Below are positions 12,871-26,168 of a stretch of DNA of 64,000 bases, piece after piece (within the stretch, counting starts at the first letter, position 1; each line of letters starts with the position of its first letter). Both the position numbers and the translations under genes were made by a program. The notes beneath the pieces were generated by a model. That model saw only the letters and a program-made list of their open reading frames with translations, ran no database searches and was not told the origin of the DNA. Source of the DNA: Eledone cirrhosa (lineage: Eukaryota); assembly GCA_964016885.1 (NCBI GenBank), contig OZ024750.1, positions 18,352,001 to 18,416,000 on the forward strand, read 5' to 3'.

Positions 12871-12990
12871 CTGAAAAAAATATAGGAAAAAAATACAAAT
12901 AAATAAATATATGTATATATATATATATATAAATATATATATATATATTTGGATTTTAGTCTTCAAATTTATTATTATTACTATATATAA

Positions 12991-13024
<34 letters not shown>

Positions 13025-13025
13025 A

Positions 13026-13265
13026 AAAGGTAAACAGAAATAACAAAATAAACAGCACATGGAAGGAATATATTAGTTTAATGCTTGAAAGAGCAGGAAG
13101 GGCGCCTTAACATTTCAGACTCTAGTCCTTCATCGGAAGAAAAAAGGTAACCAGAAATAATAAAACAAATGGCACAATACATGGAAAGAATATATTAGTT
13201 TAACGCTTGAAATAGCAGGAAGAGGGTCTTAACGTTTCAGACGCTAGTCTTTCATCAAAAGAAGG
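13026..13265 (-). mobile_element. Penelope-like terminal-repeat remnant: tandem ~120-bp pair with hammerhead-like motifs
   Basis: Two direct copies; minus strand CCGATGA-A-GGAC-TAGA-GTCT-GAAATGTTA and TTGATGA-A-AGAC-TAGC-GTCT-GAAACGTTA; adjacent to (TA)n/(TG)n. Confidence 0.6.
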
Positions 13266-13597
13266 AATGAGAAATTAAAGAAGAAATAGAAAGATAGAGG
13301 AGATGGGCAGAATGGAACAGGAAAAGCATTTTTAGAGAAAAATAACAGGTCCATTTATGTTATTGTAAACTTATGTTGGCATCATGGCAAAAAGCACCCA
13401 GCCCACACAGGAAAGTGGTTGTGTAGGATTCACGACAAAAAGCATCCAGCCATAGAGACCTAGCCAGAAACAGTTCTATATGAGCAAGACATGATCACCT
13501 GACCCAACTTGCCTCAAAATGGGACAACCCATCCAACCCATGCTAGCATTGAAAATGGACATTAAATGATAATGATGATGATATATATATATATATA

Positions 13598-14090
13598 ATG
13601 GCTGCAACTCGATTTCGAGTAATGCCATTGCTTGATACTTAAGCATAAGCATCACGGACGTGGCTTTTTAGTCCTGCTAGGGACTTGCCTATGGCCAGCA
13701 TGCATCACAAAAAAAAATATGTCACATATCAAACAATGCCAGTGCTTGAAGCTTTATAAAGTGAGGAAAGGCTTTACACGGGGCCAATCCCACTCTCTGA
13801 ACATCGAATGCATTTGACCAAAAAGAAGATCTGGTGCAAATGAGGTCACAGTTTTATATCAGAGTGACCTTCTCCTGGAGAGATGTCATAATGAAAACTA
13901 GGAGTCTCTCGCTCCACAAAAAAAAAACTTTATTGGATAGCCATTGACTCTCTTGAATTCCTCCGTCCTTTGACAGGTTTTGTTTTTCATCCCGCAGAGT
14001 GTCCAAATTCCCACTCCTCACCAAGCAAGCTCAGTGGGGTGGCCGATTTAGTCGCGAGCAACCTGACCATGCACAGGTTGTACTAGGTTA
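13598..14090 (-). mobile_element. Interspersed repeat, probably the 5' UTR of an RTE-clade LINE; shorter copy at 45638-45790
   Basis: 13598-13752 aligns with 45638-45790; GGAGAAGG..ACTCTGAT.TAAAAC and CCTGTCAAAGG.CGGA.GAA resemble RTE 5' regions as I recall them (unverified). Confidence 0.5.
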
Positions 14091-14489
14091 CATATTATAT
14101 ATAACATCATCATCATAATCTTAACATCCACTTACCCTGCTAGCAAGCCAGTACTGAAGCAAGGCTACTGATCTCCCAGACAGGCCAGGGATCTGTTCAT
14201 CTCGCTTATGTATGGTCTCACATCCTACCAAGTGCACAGGAGAGGTTGTCATGTCTTTGACACGACTGAAGAGTTCTCTCTACCACATTTTGGCATGGAT
14301 TCTACATCTGGATGGGTCAAGTGTTTTTACAGATCTTGATAGTATTCTCTCTATACTGCCTGGCCATTCAATGAAAGAATGGAGTCTGTTTGTTGGCCAA
14401 ACAGACTGAGGCTAACAGACATATTATGTAACCTGCAAACAGAAACAGTCTCATTTTTCAATTGCAATGGAGAAATATGCATTAGTAAT

Positions 14490-14526
<37 letters not shown>

Positions 14527-14862
14527 GGGTGAGAATATGTTTGCATATGTGTGCGTCTATATAGATGTGAGTGTGAATGTTTATATACATTGAATATGTT
14601 TTTATATGTATGTGTAAGAGAGTGTGTAAAAGTATGTGTGTGTGTGTGTATGTTTGAAGTCCATTGGTCAAGTAAATAAGGTATCTCCATTCATGCACTG
14701 CCCTCACACATTGCACCACTGCAGATGTGTTGCTTAACAAGACACCTAATTGCAGCAGCAGCAGCAGCAACAACAACAACAGCAGTAACAGCAGTAGCTT
14801 CCTTTGTGTTATTGATTTCTTACAGATGTACAATACATCACATATAGAAGAGATGGGGCGAG

Positions 14863-14914
<52 letters not shown>

Positions 14915-14926
14915 CATGTATGTATG

Positions 14927-14964
<38 letters not shown>

Positions 14965-15078
14965 TGTATGCATGTATGTATGTATGTATATATATATATA
15001 TATGCATGTAATATATATATGTATGCATGTATATATGTATGTATATATGTATGTATATATGTATATATATATACATAT

Positions 15079-16425
15079 ATGCATAAAAGATGTAGTGGGA
15101 TCACAGGTAAGCTAACTAAGAACATAGATTTTACATGTGGCCGGTGCTCTGGTGCAATAAGTAGCAGCAAGTGCCCACAAAATACTAGCTCTTTCAATTG
15201 CGCAGAGGGTTCTATAGAAATAGTGGACAGCTTCCGTTACCTGGGTGACAAAATCAGCAGTGGGGGAGGGTGCTCTGAAAGTACAGTAGCTAGAGTCAGA
15301 ACTGGATGGAAAAAGTTCAGAGAGCTTATACCACTATTAGCCGCTAGAGGGTTCTCCCTAAAAATGAAAGGCAGGTTTTACGATGCCTGCATACGAACAG
15401 CAATGCTGCATGGCAGTGAGACCTGGGCATTGTGTGCAGAGGATATACGCAGACTAGAGAGGAACGAAGCTTGCATGCTCCGCTGGATGTGCAATAGTAA
15501 TATACGTGAATGGCTAAGCATAAACGAACTAAGGAAAAAATTAGAAATAAGAGGGATCAGATGTTGTTTACTCGAGAGAAGGCTACGTTGGTATGGTCAC
15601 GTGATGCGCATGAAAGATGACAGCTGTATAACAAAGTGCAGGGCAATAAAGATAGACGGTAGCCACGGAGTAGGCAGACCCAGAAAAACCTGGGACGACA
15701 TGATAAATTCCGACCTCACACACTTACACCTCTCCAAGACAATGTCACTGGACCGAGACCTTTGGCGGTACTCAGTAATAGAGAAGACCCGCCTTACCTA
15801 AATACAAAGTAAAAACCTACTACAGTCAGTAGGCATCTCTATCAAAACACACCCCCGTCCCACCACCACCACCCCATCCACACCGCCCCCTTTCAATGTA
15901 AAGTTATGTTGGTGCCACAACATCCAGGCCGAAACAAATGAGATCGTGTAGGTGTCACGACAAAAAACACACAGTCCACGCTGTAATGTGGCCGTGTAGG
16001 CAACACGGTAAAAACCTCCCAGCCCCACACTGTAAATGTGGTTGGTGTTAGGAAGGGCATCCAGCTGTAGAAAACCCGCCAGACAGTCCTATGCGAGCAA
16101 GACAACCACTCTTGCCTCAAGTGGGAAAACCCCCATCCAAACCCATGCAAGCGTGGAACACGGACGCTAAACCTTGATGATGATGATGATGATGATGATA
16201 TATAAAACTGGCACGTGTAGGTAACACGGTAAAAAGTTCCCAGTTCCACACTGTAAATGTGGTTGGTGTTAGGAAGGGCATCCAGCCGTAGAAAACCTGC
16301 CAGATAGTCCTATATTAGCGAGACATGGTCACCCGACCAACCTTGCCTCAAGTGGGACAACTCCCGTCTAACCCATGCTAGCGTGGAAAATGGACGTTAA
16401 ACGAAGATGATGATGATGAGATGAT
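15079..16425 (+). mobile_element. 5'-truncated young RTE-clade LINE (open RT C-terminal ORF to 15801) with a tandemly duplicated 3' tail
   Basis: Translation contains [56 protein letters not shown]; tails end in (GAT)n near 16198 and 16425. Confidence 0.95.
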
Positions 16426-16429
16426 GAAA

Positions 16430-17098
16430 ACTGGCACATCCGTCAGTTAAGGCGATGACGGTTCCAATTCATATGATCAACAAAACAGCCTGCTCTTGAA
16501 ATTAATATGCCAGTGGCTGAGCATTCCACAGACATTTGTATCCTTAATGTAGTTCTCAGGGAGTTTCTGTGCGACACAGAATATGACAATGCTGGCCCTT
16601 CGAATTTCAGGTACAATACATGTTTGCCAGTGGACTGGAGCAACATGAAATAAAGTGTCTTGCTCAAGGACACAATGTGCTGCTAGGAATTGAACTCATT
16701 ACCTTACACACACGTGTGTGTGTGTGTGTATGCGTAAACATTGTATACACATATATACACATGTATGTGCATATACATATAAATACGTGTGTGTGTTTGT
16801 GTGTATATATATAGAGAGACAATCGATTGAGAAGATCCCATACCTCATTCGCTTAATGAGTGGGATGGAGCTTGTCAAATCAAACCGAGGAAACAATGTT
16901 TCCATTGGTCTTTCCATTGCTAATACTATCTGTCAGTCGCAACTCCAGGAAGAAGGAGCAATGTGAAATAAAGGGTTTTGCTCAAGGACATAAAGTGTTT
17001 TGCTCAAGGACATAACGCATCGCCCGGCCTCGGAATCGAACTCACAACCTCACAATTGCGAACCCAATTCTCTAACCTCTCAGCCACACACCTTCACT
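16430..17098 (-). mobile_element. Two CORE-type SINEs with different 3' tails
   Basis: CORE-like GTCCTTGAGCAA(G/A)AC and B boxes on the minus strand at ~16650-16700 and ~16970-17045; the tail at 16820-16950 recurs at 39620-39705 and 56510-56650. Confidence 0.8.
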
Positions 17099-17364
17099 AA
17101 TATATCAACATCACCGTTTAAAATCTATTTTCTATGCTTGCATGGGTTAAACAGGCTGTCATATCATAAGATCAATTAGAACTGGTGGTCTTGTGCATGT
17201 TGTAGAGTGTTTGGCATTAGGAAGGTCATCAAGCCATAAGAACCAAGCCAAAAATGGATTGTATGAGCAAGACATGTTCACCTGAGCTGTCTTGCATCAT
17301 ACGTGACAACCCATTTAACCCATGCAAGCATGGAAAATAGACAAACAGTGATGATGATGATTTG

Positions 17365-17700
17365 ATGAGGCGACCATGCTTCGCTGGATGTGCAATGGGA
17401 GTGTACATGAATGACAGAGCACAAGTAAACTAAGAGAAAAGCTGACTATAAGAGGAACTGAATGTCAAGTGTAAGAATGACAATTGCACTGGTATGGTCA
17501 TGTGATGCATAAGGAGCATGAGAATTGTATAAAATAGTGCCAAGCACTTGAAGTGAATGGCGCCTGTGAAGGAGAGGAGACTAAGAAAGACATGGGACAA
17601 AGTTGAAAAAAATGACCCAAAGAGATTGATGAGAAGGAGATGACACAGGATTATGTTGACTGGTGATACACCATAATACAAAAGACCCACCTTGCCACAC
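17365..17700 (+). mobile_element. Decayed RTE LINE 3' fragment
   Basis: MLRWMCN..LREKL.IRG..LHWYGHVM with stops. Confidence 0.8.
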
Positions 17701-17727
17701 TAAAAATAAAAAAGTATAATAATAATA

Positions 17728-17850
17728 ATAATGAAAATTATTGTGTAGAGTGCTTAGGTGCACTACGATTCATCAAAGGTGCATGTATAGTATGTAGAAT
17801 AATGTACAAATGTCAGGAAAGTGAACCGTATACGAGTCATGATATACACA
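17728..17850 (-). mobile_element. Retroposon 3' tail with (ATT)n end; inverse copy at 28500-28615, fragment at 33283-33313
   Basis: High similarity between copies around GTAGTGCACCT(G/A)AGCACT(G/C)TACACAATAATTT. Confidence 0.7.
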
Positions 17851-17964
17851 CAGATACATGCATGCGTGTATATGGAGGGGGACTACCTGGAGCGTGGCGT
17901 AACAATGTAACATACACAGTAACCCCCCACTGTATTGTGGTAGGTGAACATACTGAGATAACAT

Positions 17965-18960
17965 AAATCTGACAATCACCATCATATATTTGATGTGTGT
18001 TGGGATGCAGACATGGTTGAATAGTTAATAAGTTCACTTCACAATCATAAGGTACCCAGTTTGCTACAACTGTGTGTGGCATAGCCCTCCTATTTTCCTT
18101 GGGCCAACTCCAGGCTCATTTTAAAGATTTCTCAGGCCCACATTGAGAAACCCTGGTCTATCTAACAATCACCAAAGATATGTTGTGTTTAGATGGATAG
18201 ACAACAATATCTATGTCACTGAAATTTGACAGTCATAACCAAAGGAGATCAAAATTGTCTAATAGACCGAGATGGGTCTGCACCTGGAAAATTCCTCTTT
18301 AGGATGCAAGACATGCAAGTTGTTTTGTGGAAGACAAGTAGTCTCTCATGTATGCCAGTCTCCCCTCTCATGATACCAATATTATCCGATAGAAAGACAT
18401 ATGCCAATAAAGCTTGGAAACAATGTCACATACCATACCATATATATGGTGTCGTTCAACAGAAAAAGAAAAGGACGATACAACTTGGCTCCAGTATTGT
18501 CACAGCTCATTTTTTCCAGCTGCGTAGATTGGAACAATGTGAAATAAAGTGTCTTGCTCAAGGACATAATGAGCTGCCCAATCTGGGAATCAAACTGACA
18601 ACCTTAAAATCGTGGGCCCAGCACCCTAACCACTAAGTCACGTTCCTTCAAATGGATAGTTTATACAATATCTCCAACTTCATAGAAGTTAGACACAGTC
18701 TATCTGACAATCACCATAAAAATATATCGTATGTTTATATGGAAGGATGTACACCCTACAATATCTCCCACCTCATAAAAGTTAGAGTCTATCTGACAAT
18801 CACCATAAATTTATGGTGTATGTTTATATGGAAGGATGTATAACCACAATATCGCCCACGTTATAGAAGTTAGACAGATTCTATCTGAAAATCACCATAA
18901 ATATATGGTGTGTTTATATGGAAGGATATAGTGACAAGAATATCTCCCCATCTCACAGAG
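17965..18960. repeat. Diverged ~90-bp tandem repeat (5 or more units) split by a SINE at ~18230-18650
   Basis: Recurrent TCT(G/A)ACAATCACCA..TGTTTATATGGAAGGAT and AATATCTCC near 18665, 18759, 18847, 18939, plus units near 17968 and 18158. Confidence 0.8.
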
Positions 18961-19967
18961 AAAGAAACAAATAATTTATTACTAAAACATATTTGACTTT
19001 GGACTAGTGATGTCATCAGGGCTAAAAGCCATTTGTTCGTTAGCAACAGAAGTTCGTTAGGTGAACAGCATTAAGTTATGATTCTAATAAAACAACACAG
19101 GGGATGAATGTATAACAACATATGATAGAGAGAGGAAGACAGGAAGGAATGAAGGAAGGAATGAAGGAAGGAATGAAAGAAAAAAAGAGGAATAGAAAGA
19201 AAAATTGATGGATGAATAAAAGAAGAAAAGAAATAAAAATGAAAAAAGAAAATTTGAGACAACAAAAGGAAAGACTGAAAGGAAAATAAATAAAATATAG
19301 ATTAGATGATAGAAGTATTGATGGAAAGAGATGAAATAGATGAAGAATAAATAGGAGAGGAGATGAAAGAAAAGAGAGGAAAGAAAGAGAAAAAGAAGGA
19401 AGAAGGAAGAGACAAAAGAGAAAAGGGGAAAGGAGAGGAAAGGAAGAGATAATTGAAGGTGAAGATGAGGTGTAAAATAAATTAGGACAGGTAAAAATTG
19501 AAGGAGGAAAGAAAGAAAAAGAAAGTAAGAAAAAAGTAAATGATGACTCATTGAAGGAGACTAAATTAGGGAGGGGGTGATAACTAATGAGCAAGAAGAT
19601 AACGAACGCTTCACCGATTTCTTTCAGGTGACACTGGCAGATGGAGAGATGATGGCGATAATGATGACAACGACAACAACAACTACTACATTGATAGATA
19701 AATTACTTTTCCATCAATGGTTTAATGTGTAAATATGTCTATGTGAGTGTGTCTGCATATGAGTATAGTTATCTATATGTATGCATGTGTCTGTGTGTGT
19801 GTCTTTATATGCGTGTTTATATGCATATATGTGTATATCTATATATATGTGTGTGTGTGGTTGTCTCTGTACATATGTGTGTGCTAATATGCATATATGT
19901 GTGTGTCTATATTTACGTGTGCGTCTATGTTTATGTGTGGTTGTCTGTGCTAGTGTATGTGCATGCA

Positions 19968-19969
19968 TG

Positions 19970-20035
<66 letters not shown>

Positions 20036-20048
20036 TGTACACACACAC

Positions 20049-20129
<81 letters not shown>

Positions 20130-20271
20130 TATATATATATATATACACATATATATATATATACATACACATATATATATATATACACATATATACACAT
20201 ATATATATATATATATACACATATATATATATATACATACACATATATATATATATACACATATATACACA

Positions 20272-20313
<42 letters not shown>

Positions 20314-20390
20314 CATATATATATATACACACACATATACACACATATATACACATATATATACATATATATATACACATATATATACAC

Positions 20391-20421
<31 letters not shown>

Positions 20422-20546
20422 TACATACACATATATATACACATATATATATACACATATATACACATATATATACACACATATACACACACATATATAC
20501 ACACACACATATACACACACATATATATACACACATATACACACAC

Positions 20547-20587
<41 letters not shown>

Positions 20588-20589
20588 TC

Positions 20590-20627
<38 letters not shown>

Positions 20628-20630
20628 ATG
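19968..20630. repeat. Large compound (TA)n/(CA)n microsatellite
   Basis: About 660 bp of almost pure alternating purine-pyrimidine sequence; source of the 200-300 aa Y/I/H/T ORFs. Confidence 0.98.
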
Positions 20631-21026
20631 TGTGGTTGTCTATGTGGATATGTGTGAGGTTGTCTATATATGTATCATCATCATCATCATCATCATCATT
20701 TCATGTCTGCTTTCCCAGCTAACAATGTTTGGACAGGTTATCACAGACCAAGTCAGTAGTTAATGAGAGTTACTAACTCTCAGACGAGCTGAGGAGGAGG
20801 GAGGGGGGGGGGGGGGGGGCACTTCTTGCTTACATATGTTCCAACACTTCACTAAGTGCACCAAGTGCACCAAGTGCATTTTATCATGGCACCAGCACTG
20901 GGGAGGTTGTCGTGTCCTGGACACAGCTGAAGACTCCTCCTCCTCCTTTCGCTTTGTTCAGCAAGTTTCTCAGCATATATATTTTATAACAAACAGCTAT
21001 GTGTATCTCCGTTCATATATAAACTA

Positions 21027-21220
21027 ATTAACTGTTTCTACTTTTTGGCACAAGGCCAGCAATTATCCCAGTGCATTACTGGTACTTTATTTTATCGACC
21101 CCCGTAAGGATGAAACGCAAAGTTAGCCTCAGCGAGATTTGAACTCAGATTGTAAAGGGCCGTAACTCTATGCTGCAAAGCATGGCGTCCGACCCTCTAA
21201 CGATACTGCCAATCCACCGT
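21027..21220 (-). mobile_element. SINE family A, full length
   Basis: Reverse complement of the family A consensus; flanks CATATATAAACTAA on both sides (right copy expanded in TA). Confidence 0.92.
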
Positions 21221-21365
21221 CATATATATATATATATAAACTAAATAACAAAAGCTTGTATGTAAACATTATCTGTGTGAGGTAGGTAAAACAAACATAA
21301 TACTATGCAAATATATTCATAAATCCATACACATTTTCTATAGACTGCCATATCAAACAATCATA

Positions 21366-21906
21366 TCATCATCATCATCATCGTTTAACGTCTATCTTCC
21401 ACGCTAGCATGGGTTTGGATGGGAATTTTCCCACTTGAGGCAAGATTTGTTGTCCTGCTCGTATACGACTGTCTGGCGGGTTTTCTACGGCTGGATGCCC
21501 TTCCTAACACCAACCACGTTTACAGTGAGGACTGGGAGGTTTTTTCCGTATTACCTACACGGCCACATTATAGCGTGGACTGTGTGTTTTTTTGTCGTGA
21601 TACCTACACGACCTCATTTATTTAGGACTGGATGTTGTGGTACCAACATAACTTTACATCGAAAGGGGGTGGTGTGGATGGGGTGGGGGTAGTGGGACGG
21701 GGGTGTATTTTGGTAAGAGGTGCCTACTGACTGTAGGTTTCGCTTTGCACTTAGGAAAGGCGGGTCTTCTGTATTACTGCGTAGCACCAAAGATCTCGGT
21801 CCAGTGACATTGTCTTGGAGAGGTGTAAGTGTGTGAGGTCGGAATTTTTCAAGTCGTCCCAGGTTTTTCTGGGTCTGCCTACTCTGTGGCTACCGTCTAT
21901 TTTGAT
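21366..21906 (-). mobile_element. 3' end of the same young RTE family as 15079-16425, inverted
   Basis: IKIDGSHRVGRPRKTWDD..NSDLTHLHLSKTMSLDRDLW nearly identical; same 3' UTR and (GAT)n tail. Confidence 0.95.
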
Positions 21907-22489
21907 ATGTGTGTGTGTGTGTATGTGAATATATGTGTATAAGCGCATATATGTGTGTATGTATATCATCATCCTCATCATCATCATCATACATCTGTTT
22001 TTCAAAGTTATCATGGGTTGAATGAGTCATTTCAGACTGAGCCAGTTCTATATTGGAGCTACTGTCTTTGTAGATGGGTCAGGAAGCTGCTTTTTTCCTG
22101 AATATGTTCCTTTTTTGGAAGAGCTGGATGTTTCTAGAGCTGGATACCCTTCTTAATGCCAACCACTTTACAGAGTGTACTAAGTGCATTTTATTTTGGT
22201 ACCAGCACTAGAAAGGTTTTCATGTACACATTCTAGACGGTACAAATTCTTGTGGGTGGGCAATAACCCCAGGGTGAGCAATAGCCCTTGGGTTGGCAGC
22301 ATCAATCTCTGTGTATATACCACAGTCAGAACAGGCAGGTGAACAGAAGGACTGCAGACCCTTTCAATAACAAAAACGATGGTGATGATCTTATGTCCGG
22401 ATTAGCAATATTTGTAGATCATTGGACAAAATGCTTTGTGGTATTTAGTTATGACTTTCTATATTCTGAGTTCAAACCTGCTGGTTGTA

Positions 22490-24515
22490 AATACTAAATC
22501 TTTCTACGATGAAGAATTTACCAGCCACCATAGACTAGTGATGAATGTCTTCAGAATAAGAGCTTGGTGGATCCAGAGACACAGGAGAATACAGAAGCTG
22601 AAAGAGCTGTCTGCCAATCATAAGTTAAGAGAAGTTCTATATGACAGGATGGGGAGGAGGTAGAGACTTATAACAGAGAACAACTGCAAGTTTCTATTGA
22701 AAGTTACAGGCAAGCCTGTGACTTGAGCAAGGTTCCTGTAAGGCAGAATGTGATGAGGTGGTAGGGATTCAAGGTGTTGGAGAAGGCTTGTGTTGTTAAT
22801 GGCCATTTCCATCACCTTTGAGAGATATTGGAAGTGAGTGTGCTAGGACACTAGCTGAGAAAGACAGAAGAGTTACTGTTCTTGAGAATAAAACTGACTG
22901 TAACATTCCTCTATACATCAACATGTATTCCTATAGAAAGAGAGAGAGAAAGAAATTGAAGTTAATGCATTGGGTTCATTGTATTGTACCAGAGCATCTT
23001 GAGGTTGTCTCATGGAAGAAAGACTAAAAGGACCAATCTACTTTGAAGTCGTTCATAGTTGATCACTACTCTATTTATTTCAAGTCAATCAGATAATACA
23101 AGATTGGGTCATACCTAATGACTGGCATAGCAGTAGAATCATTAATTGCTACAAAGGTAAAGATGACATGCTAGAAAGAAGCAACTACATGGACATAAAA
23201 CTAATGGATCAGGTAATGAAAGTGACAGAAAGAGTTCAGGTGCAATTAATTAGGGAAAGAGTTAAACTAGATGAGATGCAGTTCAGTTTTATGTTAGACA
23301 ACTATAAGAGAAGTTCCTAGCTAAGAGTAAGCCTCTATATCTATCTTTTGTTGATACAGAGAATGCCTTTGGCGGAGTACAACAATCTGTCATCTGGTGG
23401 TCCTTAAGGAAACTAGGTGTAGAAGAATGGCTTATGAGAACAGTGCAAGTCATGTACAGAGAGGCTCTTAGTAAAATGAGAGTAGGAAATGAGTTTAGTG
23501 AGGAATTCAAAGTAAAGGTATGAGTGCATCAGGGCTCGGTTCTTAGTCCACTTCTGTTTACTATAGTCCTTCAGGCCATAACAGAGATGTTTAAGACAGG
23601 TTGTCCATGGAAATTTCTGTATGCTGATGATCTTTTTCTTATAGCTGAACCTGCAGAAGAACTAGAGAACAAATTCAGACTGTGGAAAGAGAACTTAGAA
23701 TCAAAAGAGCTGAGAGTAAACTAAGCAAAAACCAAAGTTTTAAGAAGTATGAAAGAAGACAAGGTCCTGGTCCCTTCAGAAAAATGGCCTTGGTTGATAT
23801 ACAGAAAAGGAATAGATAGAAACTCTATACTATGTAAACAATGCAAATCTTGAGTACACAAGAGTAGTGGCAGGATAGCAGACAGACTAACAGGAAGGAA
23901 AGGCATTTTATATAATGGATGCTCATGGAAAGTTAATAGTAAGAGGGTCAGTGATATACACCTTTTTCAATCCCCGGTAGGATCCATAGAAGCGGTTGTT
24001 AGCTTCTGCTATCTAGATTACTAAATTAGCACTGGGGAAGGGTGCTCTAGGAGCACAGTAGCTAGAATAAGCACAGGATGCAAGAAGTTTAGAGAGCTAC
24101 TACCTCTGTTGACAAAAAAAAAGGTTTCTCTCTAAGAAAGAAAGGTTGGCTGTATGAAGAGATTATGCTTCAAAGGGTGTGCAATGTTAATGTGTGTGAA
24201 TGATAAAGTATGAATGAACTGAGAGAGAAACTGAATATAAGAGGAATCAAATGTGTGTAGGGCAGAAGACTGCACTGGTATGGACATGTGATGTGCATGC
24301 ATGATGGTTGCTGAGTGAAGATGTACGAAGAAATCTGAGTAGAAGGAAGCTACAGTAGAGAAAGACTAAGGAAGACTTGAGCGGAGGTAGTGAGAGCTGA
24401 TTTCTAATCACTGAAGCCCACAGAGAAGACAACAAAGGATCGCAACGAGTGAAGAGATGCTGTGCTGAAAAGGACTAGTCCAACCCATGCAAACATGGAG
24501 AAGGGGACATAAAAT
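22490..24515 (+). mobile_element. Old RTE-clade LINE with a decayed reverse transcriptase
   Basis: YKGKDD..ERSNY..IKLMDQVMKV.ERV, HQGSVLSPLLF, LYADDL, LRVN..KTKV, FCYL, LHWYGHV; many stops, frameshifts and deletions. Confidence 0.92.
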
Positions 24516-25223
24516 TATATATATATATTATACACAGACACACAGAGAAGCATCACAGATCTGCTATATCATAATAGCTAATTATTGCTCCTACATCTAC
24601 CCCAACAATAAAATTAGCGATTTATGATGTTAATTTTTTAATTTTTACATACTGTAATGTTAAATAACTTAAAATACATATCTTATATCATAAAATATAT
24701 ACTTTATAATATAAAATACATCCAGCCTACTCTGTTCAGTAGTAGTTCTGGTGCTACAATAAAAGTATCCAGTCTACTCTGTAAAATGGTAATGCTGGTG
24801 CCGTAATCAAATGGTCCCAGTACGTGCTATAAAGTGGTTGGCATTAGGAAAGATATTCAGTCATAAAAACCAAACCAAAAACAATGTATGAGCAAGACAT
24901 GGTCATCTGACCTGTCTAGCATCAGAACATGACAACCTGTCTAACACATGCAAGCATGGAAAATAGACTTTAACCCTTTAACATTTACATTACTCTATAT
25001 TTACTATTATATTTCCATGGTAAAGGCTTTACTTCACATAATTATCTCACATAATATCGATCAAATCTATGAGATTTTGATATTATCTATGTTGAGAACA
25101 ATACCTTAACATTAGTATGAGTGGCCGGTTACAACAGAAAGAGGTGAGAGGATTCTGGCCGGTTACAGCCAGTTTAAATGTCTGTGTATGTGTGTGAGTG
25201 TGTGTGACAAAACAATGGTGATG

Positions 25224-25267
<44 letters not shown>

Positions 25268-25711
25268 GATACATACTCATGTATTAGACGCAGTTTTTTC
25301 CTATGAAAATATGACATGAAAAATCAGCATGTGACCTATCTACTGATGTGACTTATACACAAGTGTATATGGCATATATTATAGATTTGGGGGCCAGGAG
25401 TTTTGTACAGAGAGACAGTTATCAAATTATATGTATACATTATATATTTCAAATCTACACTATATATATACTGTATATGTGTGTATGTGTGTGGAAAGAG
25501 AGAGAATTAAACCAATGAATGAATGAATGAATGGCAGAAAAGAAAATATTGGACAAAGATGGAATTTGTTAAAGAAAATAATTAAAATTAGAAGAAATTG
25601 GTGGTGTGTGGGGGGGGGGGGGGGGTAGAAGGATTGAGAGAAACAGAATGTTAGAGAAAGAGGGGAGGGGTAAGACAATGAGAGTGTGTGAGAGTGAGGG
25701 GGTAGTGAGTA

Positions 25712-26168
25712 TGGAAGTCTATAGATGCAATATAAATTAAAGAGGGGGGTTATGAAGCGGAGAGAGAGAGAGAAAGAGAGACATAAACAGAGAGAGAGGG
25801 AGAGATAGAGAGAAAATAAGAAAGTGTACAGTTGCAATATAATTTAAAGTGGCTGTGTTGAGACAAAGAGAGACAGAGAAAGTAACACAAATGACTGAGA
25901 TAGACAGACAGAAAGCCTATGAAAACCTATAGTTGCAATAAAAATTAAAGAAAATAAGAGAGAGAGAGTGGAGACGAGAGAAATAGAAAGTATGAAAGCC
26001 TATAGTTGCAATCTAAATGAAAGCGAGGAGGAGGGAGAGAATATGAAAGAGACAGATGAAAAGTATGAAAGCCTATATTTGCAATCTAAACAAGAGAGAG
26101 CGAGCAAGAAGACAAACAGAGTGTGTATGTGTGCATATGGAAGCCTATAGCTGCAATATAAATTGACT
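25712..26168 (+). repeat. Six copies of a ~28-bp motif GAAAGCCTATAGTTGCAAT(A/C)TAAAT separated by GA-rich spacers
   Basis: Motif near 25713, 25820, 25921, 25994, 26067, 26139. Confidence 0.85.

Noticed and set aside
13800-14075. HDV-like ribozyme in the putative RTE 5' UTR
   Set aside because: Could not build the nested double pseudoknot by eye; needs a descriptor search such as RNArobo
14908-15078. N-terminal 57 aa of the 297-aa ORF
   Set aside because: Microsatellite in frame by chance with the truncated LINE; not a cellular gene
19032-19052. TTTGTTCGTT (miR-375-like start)
   Set aside because: Only the first 10 nt match and no convincing precursor hairpin
19714-20763. Six overlapping 200-300 aa ORFs
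   Set aside because: Translations of (TA)/(CA) microsatellite; the same holds for all YI/HT/CV-rich ORFs in the track
25712-26168. CRISPR array (also considered for 27745-28208, 30081-30650, 37765-37925)
   Set aside because: Eukaryotic context, no cas genes, and spacers are absent or low-complexity
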